Assembly: GCF_000002075.1 (NCBI RefSeq)
Contig: NW_004797350.1
Span: 1,483,107 to 1,547,106 of the forward strand
Direction of reading: 5' to 3'
Source: Aplysia californica
Lineage: Eukaryota
Length of the DNA stretch: 64,000 bases
Position numbers and translations under genes: made by a program
Part shown: positions 60,396 through 64,000 of the stretch, one piece after another
Position numbering within the stretch: position 1 is the first letter of the stretch
Layout: the number at the start of each line of letters is the position of its first letter
The notes under the pieces: generated by a model
What the model was told of the DNA's origin: nothing
The model's database searches: none
The model's input: only the letters and a program-made list of their open reading frames with translations

Positions 60396-63300
60396 GTGAG
60401 GTGTCCCAGGCAAGAACCCATTCCCTGTGTTTTTATACCAACGAGCTCATCCTCCTTCGTGATTTTGTGAAAGCTTCGGTCCCCCGCACCAATGGATGGT
60501 CGTCGGGCCAGGAATAAAGTGGCCTTGACCATGTTGTTGCAATGCCTGTATTGTGTGTTGGGGTTGGTGGGTGGTGATGATTTTTTCAGTCTGATATCTG
60601 TGCATATCTCCCCCCTTCGTTTTTAACCTCTATGAAAATGCTGCAAACTACTGGGCCTTTGTTTTTGAAGGCTTACATCTGTTGTACCAGCCTACACTTT
60701 CTTGACAGTTGTTACTTTTGTTGTTGTTTTGTTTTTAAGTCAGTCAGTTTTGAGAAATTCACTGTATTGTAACATGATGCTATTGTGAAATATGTGATTT
60801 GTCCTTGAAGTTTTTTGTTGTTTTTTTCTTCCTTCTGCTGCTCAACTAGAGTAACGGTCTTCACCTGCTATACTTAGTTTTTCTTACTTAATAGTTGTCA
60901 GCTTTTTTTTCAATTCTTAGAGGAACATTCACACAGACACTCATACTTCCGCAATGTTCAGTTACACCATTCCTGTTTCTATCTGCATTCTGAAAAGGTT
61001 TCAGACCAGGTGGTAAACAAACTTTAACAGAAGAACAACAGCATTCATGGGTTGATGGTGCTGTAAAGATGTAGTATGTAATGTACACTCAGTTGTCCCA
61101 TTTGTTCAGTGGCTGGCTATTCCTATCGGGGGTTTTTTTGGAAGGAGCTGTGTCGTGCTTCCTTCTTCCATTGCTCGATTAGTTCAACTTGACTTGAGAT
61201 TCTGATCTTCAGCTGCTTTACACTTCTTGTTATTGAACTTGCTCTAAGTCCTGATCCAGTCATGATGGGAAGCGTTAGGTTTCAAACAGGAGAGTTCTTC
61301 TACGTGGGATGCTTTGTCTTCTTCATGTAAATGCTCATGTGTTTCTACGGCCGATGGCTTGGCTTTGTGTGGGGATTGCTCCAGATGATAAAATATATCA
61401 GTGGCCCAAGAGCGACTGTGCCATTGCATACATTGTTGTTTATGGTCTACATTGTTTTGCAAAATAGTATGGAGATCCTATTTTGTTTACTTTGGTATGG
61501 ATTTGTGCAGCGCAATGCTCTGTTTTATTGTTGCCACACCTGTACATATTGTTGTTGACTAGTGTTGTACATAATTGTTCAAATTTTCAAACCTGATTTG
61601 CAAATGGTGTGCCCTGTCATTTGATATCGAGTGACACTTTGTGTTCATTCACAAATTTAAGATTTGTATTTTTATTTCTTCCAAACTTTTAACTCACAAT
61701 ATCGTTGGTGGAAAATTGACAGGACATTTTGCAACGGTACATAAAGTATGTAATAATGGTGTCCTTATGCGGTACTATCGCTTCGATAGTTGAAAAGGTG
61801 TCCGGAGAAGAAAGTTCACCATTTCCCCTGGCGCAGTTGATAAGCGACGTCATCAGCCTGTCACAATTTCACGTTTTGACCAGATCGATACTTGTGCTGT
61901 ATTTTTGTAGGTGAGTCGGATCTTGTGCAAAAATGTGTAAATCATGAATCGACTGGGTCGAGATTGTTTGTAATGTTTCCGAGTGAACCAATGTTGATAT
62001 CTTTTTGTCATGTTTCTTATTGCAACAAATGTACTTTTTAGATATATCAGCACCGTTGCCGTTCCACCACCACTCAAAGTAAAAACCAAATAGTTTGAAG
62101 CCTGAGTCTGTAATGTTCCCTGAAGAGAAATGATCGAGGATTTTTTTTTCTGCGACAAAATTACCGTTTGTTGCATGCCTTCCATATTCCCTTTCAAGTC
62201 CAAGAATGGCAGAAGTATTGGTGACATTGTCACAGAAAAATGAAGTAGCTCACATAAGGAGGTCCTGGCTAGTGTAGCTTTGACTGACCCCTGTTGCTGT
62301 TGCTGCGTCTCACACTTCCATTGTAGATTTCACCCTTCTTTTCTCTGGAAAGAAGGTGACAATTCATTCATTGATGACTCTCGCTGTAAAAGGGACTTGT
62401 CTAGATTTGTGCGTACTGCAGTGTCTGGGAATCTAAGGGTCATTGTCAGAACATCCTCTGCTCATTGTTTCATTTATTGTTGGGATTCCTAGTTTCGTTT
62501 CCATTGTTTCATTATCATCATAATAGATTTCATTTACCCTTGAATAGTATCACGTGTGTCGGTTTGTTCCTAATTCTTTCAACTTCTTTGGTCTTCTTGT
62601 GCCCGTCTCTCTTTTTCTCTTGTGTTGGTGTTGCTATTGTTTTTTTCAACGGTGCTTCCTTTCTTGACACACTGAGTTTGGGTTTTTCGCTCGTCGCTCC
62701 CCGCCTTTTCTCGGAACTCCCAGCTATATGGTCCTGTTTATAAGCCAGGGATGTCCTGAGGCCAGGCTGTGATGGGCTTGAGGTGTGTGTTGTTTATTAT
62801 TCATCCATGTGTATACCCATAAGCTTTTTGCTGTCGTTTTCATGAGTATACTGATGGTGACTATGTCCCATGGGGCTGGGGGAAGTGAGGCCGGCGACGT
62901 TTGAGTGTCCTCTGAAAAGAGGTAGACAAATATGGAAAGGCCACTGGTGGTTCTGTATAGAGGAAAGTTGTCGTGTCATTTCCAGTGCAGGGAGCTTATT
63001 TTCTCTTATTATCGAATTTTACAGTGAGGCGGGTTGTTTTTTTTAATGAGTTGTGAGAGGGAAATGGTATCGGTGTCAGGGTTTTTTTCCTCCGGTTTCC
63101 TTGCCTTGCAGTGTGCACTATTGAGACCAAGATTGTTAAATGGGTCTATGTAACCTGAAACTCAAAGGTTATTTCTTGTGTCTCACTCAGTATGTAGAGT
63201 TGTAGCTGAGCTGTTTGTGAGACAAATTCAGTGGCACCTCTCTTAGTGCAGATGTACTTAGTGTACCCGTCATCTCTTCTGTGGAATGTTTCATTGTCCT

Positions 63301-64000
63301 GGTTGCTTACATTGGGTGGGGGGGTTTTTTAATTGTGAAATTTATAGTTCCTTTTTAGTGTGTCTCATTGTATCGCTAACAAATATACATTGACATCTGA
63401 ACCTTTCACTTCATCATAGAACACAGAATGGAGAAAATGGCCAGATTTTCTTGTTATGGTTGAATAAGATTTGTGTTGTCCTTTTGAAGAATGGCATGCA
63501 AACAATATAGCTTCATTTACTTTTTAATAAAAAGACTGTTTTAATAGATTACATCTTTGTACAAGTATTAACTAAAGAGAAGTTTGTTGAAGCTTGATAT
63601 CTTTACTACGCATGTGTCATGTGATTTGAGCCAACACTTTCGTGACCAGGGTGGTTTCTGTTTGCCGTGGTTATCCTTTCCCCTCAACTTTCATGTAGTA
63701 CTGTTTGCTTCTTGATATTATTTTGTTAGTAAGAAGCAAGCAGTGTTTTATGCAATGGTTACTTGTAAGGTTCTTACAGTGAACTTATTCTTTTAGAAAC
63801 ATATGGGGAAAAAACAACATAAAATGTGTGCTCCTGTCCTTTAAAAAATTCTGCAACAGGAATCTACTCTCTCTTTTGCGGGTTTTATTTTGTTTTCTTC
63901 TGTTGCAGTCCCTTTTTTACTATCCTGATTTTCCGTGTCATTTTATTTGCCAAGATTCAGTAAATTATTTTGTTCATAGACCAGTTGTTGATTTCAGAAG

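Noticed and set aside
61853-62979. Minus-strand ORFs downstream of the HCFC1 stop
   Set aside because: No recognisable domains or consistent exon chain. The T-rich + strand fits an extended HCFC1 3'UTR (AATAAA at about 60513 and 63526).

Overview
Eukaryotic, intron-rich animal DNA. The repeat landscape suggests an invertebrate, probably a gastropod mollusc (inference). Two N-gaps lie at 182-333 and 31481-31580. There are three host genes: a 5'-truncated SLC26/prestin-like anion transporter (+, 17 exons, 800-16006), TMEM187 (-, single coding exon, 23234-24157) and HCFC1/host cell factor (+, 22 exons, 26822-60395). TMEM187 and HCFC1 are head-to-head, as they are on human Xq28. The main finding is a 7.9-kb TTAA-flanked piggyBac (48492-56374) in sense orientation inside HCFC1 intron 18. 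Its 607-aa transposase ORF is intact but lacks two of the three catalytic Asp residues. The ORF starts directly after a 3' splice site in the same phase (0) as the upstream HCFC1 donor. This predicts an in-frame HCF-1/piggyBac fusion analogous to CSB-PGBD3. HCF carries two Taspase1-type sites rather than vertebrate HCF-1PRO repeats. Introns hold many non-autonomous DNA transposons: piggyBac-, Kolobok-, Merlin- and pogo-like, plus three hAT-like elements with 6-bp TSDs. They also hold an RTE LINE fragment, SINE-like repeats and tandem amplifications of splice sites. Exon coordinates were read by eye and may be off by a few bases.
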